A stretch of 54,662 bases of DNA from Phoronis australis (lineage: Eukaryota > Animalia > Phoronida), in NCBI GenBank assembly GCA_002633005.1, contig NMRA01000578.1, positions 142,067 through 196,728 of the forward strand, given 5' to 3'. Position 1 is the first letter of the stretch; the number at the start of each line of letters is the position of its first letter. Below the pieces are notes generated by a model. The model saw nothing but the letters and a program-made list of their open reading frames with translations, was not told the origin of the DNA and made no database searches. Shown here one piece after another: positions 1 through 12,346 of this stretch. The position numbers were made by a program, and so were the translations under genes.

Positions 1-173
1 ACCCATTCCCGGCAACATTAAATCGGAGACCAATGGAGGTGGAACTCAGAAGAATCAGAAGATGCTGTCTTCAGTCAAACCCGTTGCACTTACGACGATG
101 ACGCACTGCTCGACCAGTCGTATTCTGAGAAATCCGCAGGACACCATCAAGCACGTACTGGTCTACATATACT

Positions 174-325
174 CGGATCCAAGGGGGTCAAGCGGTCCGG
201 ATCTCCTTTTTCCCTTGATTTTAGTGATATCAAATCTATAATTTTCAAATTGTTGAATTGGCCCCCCCCCTTTAAAAAGTCCTTGACCGACCCCCACTCC
301 TCTTAAAAATCGTGGATCCGTCCCT
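174..325. mobile_element. GGATCC-type MITE remnant; similar ends at ~15495 and ~53110-53126
   Basis: CGGATCCAAGGGGG .. GGATCCGTCCCTG ends with internal poly-C tracts. Confidence 0.45.
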
Positions 326-449
326 GATCTTTGTGTCGTCGTAAAATTGAATATTGAAAATGGTCCATTTTCGCTCTAAAACTGCGTCGTAATTGCACAC
401 CGCGGCATCATTCAGTTTCACCTATATCATGTAAGTCTGTCATATTTAT

Positions 450-620
450 CGGTTAAACCTGGGTCTGACCAAGTCTTAAACCTGATTTAAGATCTTAATA
501 CAGGTCTATAGACCTAGTTGGTGAAATGAAAACTGACTTAGACCACGTCTAAACTGGAATTAAACCAGATTTTACTAGACCAGTGGTCTACAAGTTAAGC
601 CACCTTTATGAAATAGACTG
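450..620. repeat. Degenerate short-unit repeat (TAAACC/TAGACC motifs), probable non-autonomous element fragment
   Basis: Recurrent GGTCTA/TAGACC/TAAACC motifs ending in CTTTATGAAATAGACTGG. Confidence 0.35.
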
Positions 621-760
621 GTTGTGTCTAAAACCGGCACCACTACCCGGCAAAATTTCATAAACCCTTACCATGGGTTTTCTGTTCTAAAGAAGTGTCG
701 GGACCGAACATATGCAGAATAGTTTAAAGACTATAATTTGGCAGTAATCTTTCTCGTATA

Positions 761-872
761 CATAATTCATTGAATACACGACTTTGATCTGTTTTTACGA
801 GTTTAATTTCAGTTCTTTCAAAATTTCTAAACTCGTAAAAACATATCAAAGTCGTGTCTTCAATGAATTATG
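761..872. repeat. Near-perfect palindrome (45-bp arms, 22-nt loop), probable foldback MITE
   Basis: 761-805 is the reverse complement of 828-872 with 2 mismatches. Confidence 0.75.
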
Positions 873-1423
873 AATTGTTTAAAGACTGTACGAAAAGTAA
901 ATAATGTATACAATCTGTAAAATTTGACAACGCTTTCATTTCCGCACATCAGTGGCTCGAAATTTTCTCTTTTATTACATCATGGTTTTAAGTGTATCGT
1001 CTCTCAGGCACCTTTTCTGCACGCAATTAAGTTAGAGCCAGCTGTAATGTTCTATTTTTTCTTCAGTTCTGCTGTATAAATATGAACATTTTTGACACAC
1101 ACTTACTAGAGACTTCACAAATTTCAGATGGAGAGTGTTTGACATAGCGTGTGGCATTGTATTAGGCACCAAAAACTGTTATCGAAATGTAGTAAGGGAA
1201 TTAGTGGAACGAAGGTTTTTATAGACCTTTTTTTCTTTGCGCACGAAGGTCTACCAGTGCGCGGAGTGAAACCAGATCTCCCGATTCAACCGCGCTAATT
1301 GAGTACACTCTTGAAAGAGGTTACTCGCGAAACAAGTCGAACGTCTTGTCGACAGATCGGTTTTCAAGTACAGTCATTATTGGGCTTTAAGTCGAACAGA
1401 CGGTTATCCAAACAACAGTACAG

Positions 1424-3119
1424 ATGAATGCCGTCGTAGTTTTTTGCGTCTTTGCTCTGGCAGGTAAGACGATAAATGCATTAAGTTTACTGCAAAATGC
1501 TCTCAACTTCGTGAATTCAAGAATTGAGTTAGGAGGGTTGACCCTATGCAGCTAACGCACATCTGGCTTTTCTGTGTTTTTAAACAACCAACTAGACATG
1601 TGGCGGTTTCACCACTATTTCACCAGAACGTCGACTGTTTCTCTGTTTATTTGGCGACGTGTTCTTTAGATTTAGATGTAGTTGGTTGTTTGTTTCAAAT
1701 ATTGCGTTGTAATGAGTAAGATTTATACTGAATTGATTTAAACCATTTATTAACACCGTATTAATTCTTCTTGACATTCTTCTGAAAGATTCGTCGTCAG
1801 AAACAATTAAGAGTCAAGCATGTTAATGTTTATGGTTACAAAATGTTTACAAAGACTCTTCATGGTGTATGATTTTTGATGAAAAATGCGACCTCACGAA
1901 TATGACGGGAACAGTGCTGTAAAGCAACTACTAGTAAAAGACTAAACCGTGTTGTTTAAATTAGGTCAGTATAATCCGATTCGGCACTCAAAACCGCAGG
2001 GGCAGGATGCTGGGTCATGTCAGATATCGAAACAAGGAAACTACGCTCTGAGAAAAAAACAAGTGCTGTAGCTGAAAAAAAAACACACAAGCTTTTAATA
2101 AAGACCTTTCCGCCCTGCGTTTAAAGTTGCTGAACCTTTGTTTTTGCCATTTTTGGTTGGTTTTGAAATTGTTTGGTAATGAAACAAGACACGTGCACGA
2201 TAGAACATGTATGTTTTGGCAATCGCAACACTAGAAACAGTTTATAACATGAGGCAAATTCTGTAAGAACAGAGTCGTAAAATCTTGTTGACTCCTTAAA
2301 CGACGTGGCACGAATGACTTTCAAAATCTCACCTCAAACTCAAAGCAGAAACGCAGGTTCCGCGTTGACATATACTGCCATTCAAAAGCCACTGACATGC
2401 AAATTACTATTCACAACGTAAACGGTAGATGGTCTATAGATAAAGTTTGAGTCTAATACTGGTCAAAACGCCACCAATTGGCCAGAATACCGATAACGTC
2501 ACAAGCCAAGCTAAAGTACGTGAGATGCGGACGCAACGTCGCTAATTTTTGTAAATTTTTATTCCAGTATTAGACTTAAGCTTGATCTGTTTTCTCAACT
2601 GGATGTCTCAAAATTTTGATGCTTTTAGATGGTCTACAGTTACTAATCTTTTTGAAAGCGGGTATATTCGTTATAAAACGGTTTATTGCGTAAGTAAAAA
2701 CTGTTTTCTACGTTTTTAGAGTTTTGGCTTGTACACAAAAGTTACACCGTTATTTTTACCTGTTATGTTTTATGGAAGGCGCATCCTTTCTTTTTGTATA
2801 GCGTCTTTGACTACCTTCTCCTGTAATGTTATTATTGTTTTGACGAATTCTGGATAATCGCTTACTTTGAACGAATGCTGAAACACTTGAAGATGATCGG
2901 AGATACAGCAGGCAGAAGATTCTTGTCAACATAAATAGGCTAGAGGTCGGTGTACATGTATATAGTCCGACAGGTTTTAGGAATGATAGCGCCTGCTTTT
3001 CTCGCGAGTGTTTAGAATCTACGGGGAATCTTTTTGTTGTTTTACTCGACGCCTTGTCAAAAGTAAATCATAGAACACGAAACTGTGTGGAATACATTGA
3101 TTTACCTTGTTGTTGTTGC

Positions 3120-3151
<32 letters not shown>

Positions 3152-5201
3152 TTGTTGTTGTTGTTGTTGTTGTTGTTGTAAGTCACAAAGGCATTTTCAA
3201 CCCTAACCAACAGTACTATCCGAATGTTACTTGATTCCGTTCTCACTAGTCACCCAATGAGAAGCCACATTGTGTATCAGTTCACGGTGCTCCCACCTGA
3301 AAAGTTTGTTAAAACTTATGCATTCTGGTCAGGTGAGACCTTGCCCAATGCATACTCTATGCTGCTAACCAAATTTCAAATCCCAACCTGTCAGATGACA
3401 GAAATGCAACACCACTTCGTCAATACTAGTTAATAACGATTCGCCCGATCCCGAAACATTAAAATATAACCTGTCATTAAATTCATCCGCTGTTTAGGTG
3501 GGTGTTCGGCGATGGACTGCTACAGTTGCAGTTCTGGGGACAGAAGAAGCGATTGCTGGGTATGGCCCTCCTCTTCGAACATTCAAACTAACTGCACTGC
3601 ATGTGGGGTAAGTGATCATGGCGACAGTTTTCGCGAAAAGATGATAGCTTAGTAATGTATAATACAAATGTCTTTTTGCAGGGGGCTAAAGTTTTTATGG
3701 GCCCACATATTTGTATGTGGGTGCACATTGTTCTCAACTCTGTCTGGGCGTTCGGCATCTGGCGTCTAGGCGTCCGGTGTCCGTCGTCCAAGGTCTGTTG
3801 CTGTATCTCCTAAACCCCTAACAGAATCTTAGTTGGAATTTGGCAAGTGTGTAACTATGCGTCTAACGACAAATAACCACGAGTTTCTAATTCCGCTGTG
3901 CCCCCTAGTGGCAGTTTTATTTTTTTCTACGTTTGCCTCTGTGTCTTAATCGGAGTTCCTTGATAGATTTTCATGAAATTCGACAAATAGACTTCTATTA
4001 AGAAGACGACAACGCCTTCCCATTTTCGGACAGATTTGATGTTTTCTGCGCCACCTGGTAGTCATTTTATGTTATTTGTGTGTCCGGTTTTCTGGCGTCC
4101 TTCTCCCCAACTGCCATGCCGCATAAAGGATCATTGTGAAAATTTAAAAATGTGTTCCTGATGAGAAGGCTACAACTGACATTGACTTTCAGACGGGTCC
4201 GACTACTGTGTCGTCCCCTAGTGGCGATTCGGTTTTTTGCGTCTACTGCCGAAGCTCCTTAACCCGAGCTTTTTGACATTTGAAAGATGTGTTTCTGTGT
4301 AGCCGAGAAAACAGTAACTAGTGTCGAACTGAGTCAGATACCGCTGTGCCCCCGAGTGGCAAAATATTTTTATTTTTCATTTTTACCTCTGTATCTTCGA
4401 AGTTCAAATATGAGTTTTCGTGAAATTTAGCAAATAGGTTTTAGACACATGCTTTCGACTACTCTGGTGCCACCTACAAGCAATTTTGCTTTATTGCGTA
4501 AACGGCTGTATCTTCTTTCTCCTTTGAAGGAACTTGCAAAATTTGGCAGATGAGCTCCTATAGTGATGGTAACTGTTCAGATGACAATGAGTTCAAGAGC
4601 AATCAAACCATAGCTTTGCCCCCTAATGTCAATTGTATTTTTTTTTTTGCAAATTCTCGGTGTAGAACAGAGAAGCTGCCGTCTTCTCAATTCGGATGGG
4701 ACATTTTAGTGATACTAAAAACACCCACAGAAGCACACTGTTTGAGGTGCTGTCGTGGGCGCATTTCAACGCTCGGCGTTGCTCTTGTTGAAGACATTTT
4801 AGTGAAATAATTGTCAGTTTTCTCATACGACAAGAGGTACACGAATTTTGAAACTTTTTAGTCGATTTATATAAAGTATTCAAGGGAGGGTAAGGCCAAA
4901 TGCTATTTTTGATAGGTTGATAACTGGCCTGTTTATAGCACTTTTAACTTAATTTTGCCTGTTTCAGACCGCTCGTACCAGCGCACGTGGTCAGGACGTG
5001 ATCACGCGAATGTGCTTTAAAAGGAGTGATTGCTATGAAGCCAGGAACAATATGTTTGGAGTAAGATCACACTCGACATGCTGTTATACTAACCGTTGTA
5101 ACACCGACACACCTCCGTTATCCCAGATCAACGATGGAGCCAGAACCCTAATGCCGCTCTCGTCCGTCTTGCTTATTTCTGTACTGTTCAACATTTTGTA
5201 A
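1424..5201 (+). CDS. Ly6/uPAR three-finger (quiver/sleepless-like) GPI-anchored protein, paralog 1; exons 1424-1463, 3498-3607, 4968-5201; 127 aa
   Basis: GT-AG introns in phases 1 and 0 join to give MNAVVVFCVFALAGGCSAMDCYSCSSGDRRSDCWVWPSSSNIQTNCTACG-TARTSARGQDVITRMCFKRSDCYEARNNMFGVRSHSTCCYTNRCNTDTPPLSQINDGARTLMPLSSVLLISVLFNIL*. Signal peptide, 10 Cys in the mature domain, CYxC start, CCxxxxCN end, hydrophobic C-terminus. Exon 1 and 2 lengths (40, 110 nt) are identical to paralog 2. Confidence 0.9.
2443..2583. mobile_element. Small MITE-like element with ~20-bp TIR
   Basis: AAGTTTGAGTCTAATACTGG .. CCAGTATTAGACTTAAGCTT. Confidence 0.45.
3107..3178. repeat. Compound (TTG)n/(CTG)n microsatellite
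   Basis: Directly visible; in intron 1 of Ly6 paralog 1. Confidence 0.95.
3693..4789 (+). mobile_element. Helentron-associated (HINE/DINE-like) element with ~120-165-bp degenerate internal tandem units
   Basis: T-rich start with sub-terminal GGGCCCAC, GGCGTC/GTCC microsatellite-like block, six units sharing GCCCCCTAGTGG-like and GAAATTTGG-like motifs, 3' GTGGGCGC and hairpin CAACGC-tcg-GCGTTG then CTCTTGTT. In intron 2 of Ly6 paralog 1. Confidence 0.55.
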
Positions 5202-5329
5202 AAATGAGGATCGAAAGAACAGAGAATGAAATCTATACTCTTATTTTAAACAATGTATAGTACAAAACGCAGATTTTTCTCCAGAATCAAATAAGTATAA
5301 ACATAATGATGAAAAGACTTGGTAACTAT

Positions 5330-6210
5330 AGCTTTCAAGCCTGTACAGCTCAACGCCTCTGGTGTGTGGTATTGAGACCATGGAAACAGACAAGATACGG
5401 GCGACTGGTTCAAGGGAATAAAAAGGAGACGTGTGAAGGGTTGAACAAGAGGACAAGACATGCAAACTTGGCCTACATATAACGACTAGTGTGCAACATG
5501 TTGCTGTTGAAACTATTGTGTTTGGTGTCGTACAAACGAGGATGTATGATCTACTACACTACCAGTTCCTCACTGATTGTTCTCAACTACTACTCACCGT
5601 CAGCCAACAACGTACCAGTACAGACTTCTGTTAAGGATCCCGCCCCACCTAGCAACCCTTTTCTGGCTCCCATTGAGATTGCAGCACCTTTAACCTTCGA
5701 AGAGAACAACTCTGTTCCTGCTGACTAGTGCAGTAGCTCTACCGACTATACCTACCAATCATCAGATATTTCCGTTCAGACTCGACCAAGGCGTAATCGT
5801 CGTTCCCCTGCATATCTGGATGACTTTGTGACTTGATTACATGCGTACTTTCTGCGACTCATGGACAAAGCAGACTTTACTTGTTCTTATATAAGTGCTT
5901 AGGCTCTACTTATAAGCTTTCATCGTTAATTAAGCTAACTGTGATTCGGAAAACACCAACTGCACACACATTTACATTTAGTGTTCTACATAAGTTTATA
6001 TTTTTAACACGCCAGTTAAATTTCACTTTTAAAGACTTAACAGTTAAGTTCGCAAGAAAGGAGGAGATGTAGCGCCACCGAGTTCCTCCATTAGTTTACG
6101 CCATTGCCGTAAAGAGGTCTGACTTCCTCTTCAAGCCTTACTGTATCGCCTGCTTGGGGTACAAATATATACTCTCACATTACCGACCTTTTATTTACTT
6201 ACTGGCGTTC
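5330..6210 (+). mobile_element. 3' remnant of an LTR retrotransposon (pol tail, PPT, short LTR)
   Basis: QTRPRRNRRSPAYLDDFVT* (about 5777-5836) resembles Gypsy pol C-termini; purine tract AAGAAAGGAGGAGA directly followed by TGT at 6068. Confidence 0.5.
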
Positions 6211-6313
6211 TGTAAAATTTTATTGATTTTGAAATAGCTCCTCAGTTAGCCAGTTAACACATATTGAGAATCACTTTCAGTATTGCATTTTATTCTGTGA
6301 TCTCGCTCTTTAA

Positions 6314-7626
6314 AGGCGAATGCAACCTTTTCGTGTCCTTTTTAGCAAAAAATAAGGTTCGTTGATTATCTCAGACACATTTTCACTTATTTACTGCTTT
6401 TCGTAATTTAATTAATTACTCGTGGTCTGCTCCGGAAGTTACGTTTTCGGAGGCAAGAATTTCGCGCCAATTTCTTTTCATATAGTCTTACTGTGAGAGC
6501 AGTCGAGTCAGTCATTGTTCTATCTCGGTTCTGATAAGTTCGGTCGTCGTCAACATGCCAAGCAGTTGCTGCGTACTGGGGTGTACTCATTATCGTCTCA
6601 CGTACAGAGGAAGAACTGTCCCACTTGCCCGAGTGTCCCGCGACACACTCCCACTGGAGGGTGATCTGAGCACCCAAACTGCTTACATCTAGCCGTGTGA
6701 CTCCCTAGCCACACACCTGGCACCTTCTAAATAGCTCCAATACAAGTCTACAATGAACTTATCAAACTTAGGCTCACCGATTTGTTCATTGGCGGATGAC
6801 GAACTGTCCTCTTCACTGGGTGTCAAACTGGGCCTGTATTCACTCCCACTACTCAACATCGCTGCAGGGCTGCTTACAGGTTCTGGGCTATAGAGACAAC
6901 AGCACAGGGAGAATCACTGCTAATTCCCGTAATTGCACGCAATGTGGTACGTTCGGAGGCACGGGTGACAGTAGATGAAGTGCCTCCAGTCATCGTGTAT
7001 ATAGTGGCTACAGCTCGCGAGGCTTCTCGCTTCAAAATCGCACTTCTCGGGGTTGGCGACGGGGCAATGCCGGGAATCAACAGCGACGGTGTGGTACCCT
7101 TCTTCAGGCGTTGTTTCGCAGGGACCTTCATCAATTCGGCGTACATATCTCTGTCGTAATGTGACGGCAGAAAGTGCTTGCCACACTCGGTAACCCTCCA
7201 CTAATTTGTACGTTGCGTGGACGGGAAGCGCTGCGTTCTTCGCATGAACGAGCTAGCCAAGTACTGCGAAGTGTGTCATCCTTCGGAAAGCGACGCAAGG
7301 TACCCAAAGCACGTGTGAGACGATAATGAGTACATCGCGGCACGCAGCAACAGCGTGGCATGTTGACTGACGTGTAATCAAAAGCAAATGACTACCGAAC
7401 TTATCACAACCGAGGTAGAACAATGACTGACTCGACAGTTCTCACAGTCAGACTGTAATAAAAAGAAATTGGCGCGAAACTCTTGCCTCCCAAAACTTCA
7501 CTTCCGGAGTAGAGGGCGAGAAATTAATCAAATTACGAAAACCTGTAATTAAGTGAAAAATGTGTCTGGGATAATCAACGAACCTTATTTTTGCTAAAAG
7601 TGACATGAAAAAAGTTGCCTTCGCCT
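6314..7626 (-). mobile_element. Non-autonomous Kolobok-like DNA transposon with THAP-domain pseudo-ORF, copy 1
   Basis: TTAA on both sides (6310-6313, 7627-7630), AGGCGAA..TTCGCCT termini, ~290-bp imperfect TIRs. Frameshifted THAP on minus strand from 7361: MPRCCCVPRC..RFPKD..W..YRV/GKHF..RLKKGTTPSL. TTAA TSD plus THAP fits Kolobok better than piggyBac. Confidence 0.8.
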
Positions 7627-10539
7627 TTAAGACAAGAAATTGATCTAACGCTTAGTTATTAGCATATCGCAACCTAGAAACAATTCAGTATACCATACAC
7701 ATTACCTCAGTATTTAGAAGTTATGGGTATATTCTTAGAAACTTTGTGTTTTTCTTCAAGTGGAACTTATTATGTTTGGTAAATGGAACGTAAGTTCAAT
7801 TTTCTGACTTACGTCAATAGCCACTTTTTATGAAACAAACCCGCTTCGTGCTGACTTGAGTCGTCATCCAGTATTGCAAGGTCAACATGAATGAATCATT
7901 GTTTGAGTACTGCTAGAACGTCACATTGAAATTAAAATCAACACCACCCGTATTCGGACTTTTAACAATCGAACTATAGTCTCCTGTTTGGACACAGCAG
8001 TTGTTGCAGAAAACAATGGGACACTATATTTCTGTCTACAAAAAGTCGACTCCCCCAGTCACACACTGTAGCACAAGTCGTGTCTTATTCATGTCAGAAT
8101 TCAGGTTTTATTCCATTGCGCACATACAATTTAAACAACCGTCTCCATAAAACTAAAGCCAGAAGATACGCAAGATAGGCTGTCTTTCCTGCACTATTCG
8201 GCAGCTTTTTAAGTGTTCAATGATTACGCAAGTGTCTGCTTTACGCTGTGCGTTTGACATGGATGGCACAAGCTCAGGCAGAGTGCTATTAGCACCTTAT
8301 TCTATCACGCAAAGACAGTTTGAACCACTGTCCGGGTGGATATTGCGGCTAAAGAACAGTTGGTGGTTTCTCTGAATAAATTTGGAAACCATACATTGCC
8401 TCAAACTCACGGCCGCGCCGAAAGCCAGGGAACGCAGAATACTTTACACCACTGTTGCTGTCCCGTGAATTAACAATCTCTCTGGCTCCGCAGGATTACT
8501 ATTGCAGAAACTATCACAGTAAAAGGAGATATTCGACGATTTTTTATTTGTCAAATGGCCCCAAAGCTCCGCCGTGGTACCTTTGAGACATGCAGCAATT
8601 GGGAATTTTGAACATTGATCAACATTTAGAGTTATTGTAAGTCATATCCCACATTCTCCTTTTTACGACAGTTCCATCTTTCATGCTTCTCCAAAATTTC
8701 GAGAGTGAACAGAAAAGTAATATGCAACTTCTTTTAGAGTTTTGATTTACTTTGAAGGCACACTGGCAGATGCACGGCTACATCTTTCAAGAGAAACACT
8801 CTCGCGTTATCCATAAAAATCGGCAACCCGTCACCGTTTTCTCAGAGTTACACCCTGAGGGAGTCTGCCCCCCTCCTTGGGTCCCAGTGTCTTAGGAGGT
8901 GGAGGACTAACGTACCAGGCGGCACCCCGATAGGGCAGCTGCACCGACATTAGGGCGGCGTCTCAAGCGACCAGGGTGGCAGTGGCACAAAATTAGCGAA
9001 CACCATGACGGGTCACTTCCAGGCAGCGAACATTTTAGCTAAAACTTACTAGGCTCCCATAAATTTGTCCATGAAATATGAATTATTGACGTCTCTCACT
9101 TATTCGTATAACTGGCCGGTGTTCAGAGACAAAACATGTTTTCAGTGATCTGTTTCTTAACAGCTATATTGGTAACGAGCTGTGTTTTTAAAAGCTTTGG
9201 TGAAACGTAGTCCTTCATCGACAGAACGGGATAGTTCTAAGCATTTATAGACTCGGTCACTCCTATCGTATCCCCGTGGTAGTCATTTCAAAGAAGCAAT
9301 TTACTTCGTTTGGCACAGTCGTCGTCATATAGATTACTTGTTCTATCTGCTAAAATGATTGATATTGTTGCGGATAACATGTGCAAAATGCCATTCATAT
9401 TTTAATCTTAAAAGCTGCTTTTGATGACTTCAGACCAAATCAATGAAATTATAACTGTACCTCTCACACAACAACAAAAAGAAATTCTTTGAGCTTCATT
9501 TTCATTAAGATTTTTACAAAAAGAACTTTTACACGTTTCACATGTTCCTTAAAAAGTATTTTCCAAATGGCACTTTTTCAATATGACATCATTAATTTAT
9601 ACAAATTGAGTAGTGGAGAACCAATGACGTGCTTCCGAAGCTGGGTTACGTATACGTATTGATCGTTTTCAAAAAACATGGAATCAAAAGAAAGAGCATG
9701 GCAGCATTCATTTGACGCAGAAAGACAATAGCAATTTTCCTATTACTTATTCAAATACTTAAAAGTGACGATTGTTTGTCAAAACCAGATTTCGATTTCA
9801 CTTACCAATAGCAGAGTGCGTGCAGTAGAACATCCGGTGGTCTTCAATACATCCACCAAAATCAGACGAGACTAAAAACGTTGGCTTTACCGTTTAAAGA
9901 AGTGCCGTTTGGCTTTCAGACAGCTGATATCATCCAAGCAAAAAGGAATGATACAATCTGGCAAATGTGCTAGGTGGGGATATAAATCGGCAGAAGCTCG
10001 CTTCTGGAGATACCGTGTTTGAATTCAATTGCTGCGCACCACAGATCGTTGTAACACTGCAGCCCAATGAGACTAGGACACCACTGAGAACAGCGATTAC
10101 AGAGTTCCATCTGCTTCGAGTCATCAATTACCAAAGATATGTGGAATTCCCATACCATGATTTCTTGGGACTTCTTCTTTTCATCTCTGGCTGAGCTGGT
10201 GACGAACTGTCGAATAAACACAATGTACCTCACAAGTTACAAATTATTAGAAAGCATAGGCCGGAGGGCTCACCCTTTGTCTTCATAGCCCTTGATTATT
10301 GGTTGTATATTATCACGTGTTCTTAGTAATTCAATTGTTTAGCTCAGTTTTCGTTAGACACACGACTGGGCCAAGTTTTATTAACAATCACAGTAATTTT
10401 AACCGACTCACTACCTTCCTAGACTTGCCTTTGTTACTACCCATCTTTTCATCTATTTATTGTTTTTGTCTTCTTCCAGTCTACTTTCATCTCCAGGAGC
10501 GGAGCTTAGGACGCACCTCATATTATTTATTAGACATAT

Positions 10540-11195
10540 GTACATACGTTGCACAGTGTAGTGTTGTTTATGAATTTGTATGCCCTATGAACGAATGTCT
10601 TCGTTCAAACGTCAAACAATGTTACATTGGTCAAACGGTTTGCAGTCTTTCCCGTCGGTTATCCATGCATCTTCAAAATGGTGTCATTCAAGATCATTTT
10701 CTGCAATACCACGCACGTAAAATCACCCGTCAAGAAATTGTGGAAAACACGTCAATTCGCTACGTGGAGCAAGATGTGCTACGTTTGAAAGTATTAGAGT
10801 CCCTTTTAATTGCTTTTGAGAAGCCTATTTTGAATGAGCAGCAAACAGGGTCGCGCCGCACGTTTGCGTGACTTTCCTGTTACCCCAATTCATTAGTCAT
10901 TCTTTGCAGTATTTCACACCCGCCGTGTCTCACTGTGTGTGTCGTCAGCTTATACTCTGTGGTGGCATTACTGCGTCATTTTATCTTCACTTGAAAATGA
11001 AACAAGTATGTTTCGAAATATCGTGTGTCTTTTAATTATGTCGCTAGGTCAGTTACTGTATCTATGTTCAGTAGAGAGTAGAGTTTTGTTCAGAAAGTAT
11101 GAACGCAACGGAATAAAGACCGTGAACAATGAAAAGTGTCGTGCATTCAACAAATTCTGTATAACAGAAAACTTGCTCCCGAAGTACAGTCATAT
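10540..11195 (+). mobile_element. Penelope-like retroelement fragment: GIY-YIG endonuclease C-terminus followed by the 5' part of the next unit (pseudo-LTR arrangement)
   Basis: VVYEFVCP..C..CYIGQT..LSRRLSMH..H..H..LKVLESLLI..KPILNEQ is a GIY-YIG (VVY/YIG) signature. A hammerhead-like motif follows, then an ORF start MSLGQLL..FNKFCITENLLPKYS that resembles Penelope N-termini. No RT domain seen. Confidence 0.75.
10988..11025 (+). ncRNA. Minimal hammerhead ribozyme-like motif, U3-A8 variant (Penelope-associated)
   Basis: CAC-TTGAAAA-T-GAAAC(aagtat)GTTTC-GAAA-TATC-GTG: stem I CAC/GTG, stem II GAAAC/GTTTC, palindromic ATAT stem III, located between the EN stop and the next ORF start. Confidence 0.5.
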
Positions 11196-12140
11196 GTTGA
11201 ACATAAACAGCCATACTTGTCATCGTACAAAACGTGGATTGGAGGCCAAGACATCGCCATTTAGTTTTATTGAAGGCAAAGAGATTTATACCTGCTGCGT
11301 TTTCGGGTTCAGATATTTCAGAGACGTTTGGGTACAAGAACAATCATTTGAAAGCTTTTTTTTACTGAACTGAACACACCAAGTGTACTCAAACGTTTAT
11401 CCAGTGAAAGCTTGATCTATTTCCAATTATACTTCAAGCTATGTCGTAGTAAGAACAGATAGGTCGCATTTTCACTTCCTTATCACTTGTATATAGACTG
11501 CCACCATAACAGGAGAACGTTCCGTAGACCTAATTTCTCTCATAGGAAACCAAGATCTCTGAAGACTTTGCAAACTTATCACCGAGTGAAAAGCGAGTGT
11601 TTCACGAGCCGTGTGCTTTTGCCCTAGCAACTTGAAAACGAACGGCCACTGAAGTGATTGATCGCGAGGTTTGAGTTTTTGAATTCTGTGTCTCCTTTCC
11701 ACAAGGGAACACGATTCGCCACGAGTGAAAGCTAATGTCTTCATTTGTGACCTACGGAACTTAATCCAGATTGAGTGAGCGCACAATATGACCACTATCT
11801 TGGGACACACGCGTGAAGTACAAATGGCGATTGCTATTAGTTCTTGATTACTATTTTTCTGTAGAAGCAATCATTCTGCTTGGTTCCTATATATGGGTGG
11901 ACATGTTGAGCATTTGTTTCTTACCGAACCAAAGACATCCAAAGTTGCGCTTAAGGAGTCGCGCATTTTGCCTCTCGTCCAAATGGTCCTTTTCTATTTT
12001 ACAAATAAATTGAAACTTTCATATTACATATAAATCGAAGTTTTGTGAGTATGATTTGTTCTTAAGATTATAGAATGTTGACATGTTCTAAACCTTTTTT
12101 ATGGATTAGCCAAAGCGTGTATTTTGGCACTCCCTCTGAC

Positions 12141-12325
12141 CAATGAGTTGTACCTAGCGTGCGCTCAGTAATGCTAGGACTTACGCTAAGGCCCAGCTAA
12201 AATCTAGCCAAAGTTGTCACGTGATCTCACTTAAAATACACGGCAATATCTCACGTAATCTCGCGAAGTCTTGCTTTTTAAGGAGGTCCTAGCGTTACTG
12301 AACGGGAAGCGGGTACAGCTCATTG
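12141..12325. mobile_element. 185-bp MITE with 7-bp TSD (P-superfamily-like ends) enclosing a second MITE-family core
   Basis: TIR CAATGAG(T/C)TGTACC (13/14); CTCTGAC duplicated at 12134-12140 and 12326-12332. Confidence 0.65.
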
Positions 12326-12346
12326 CTCTGACGTACTTCACCTTAA

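Noticed and set aside
761-872. Hairpin as a pre-miRNA (also 54089-54252)
   Set aside because: Long near-perfect arms are more typical of foldback elements; no read evidence available.
3019-3246. Poly-Asn/Ser ORF
   Set aside because: Microsatellite artefact.
3790-4700. Repeat-spacer pattern as a CRISPR array
   Set aside because: Eukaryotic intron, degenerate repeats, mutually similar long spacers, no cas genes.
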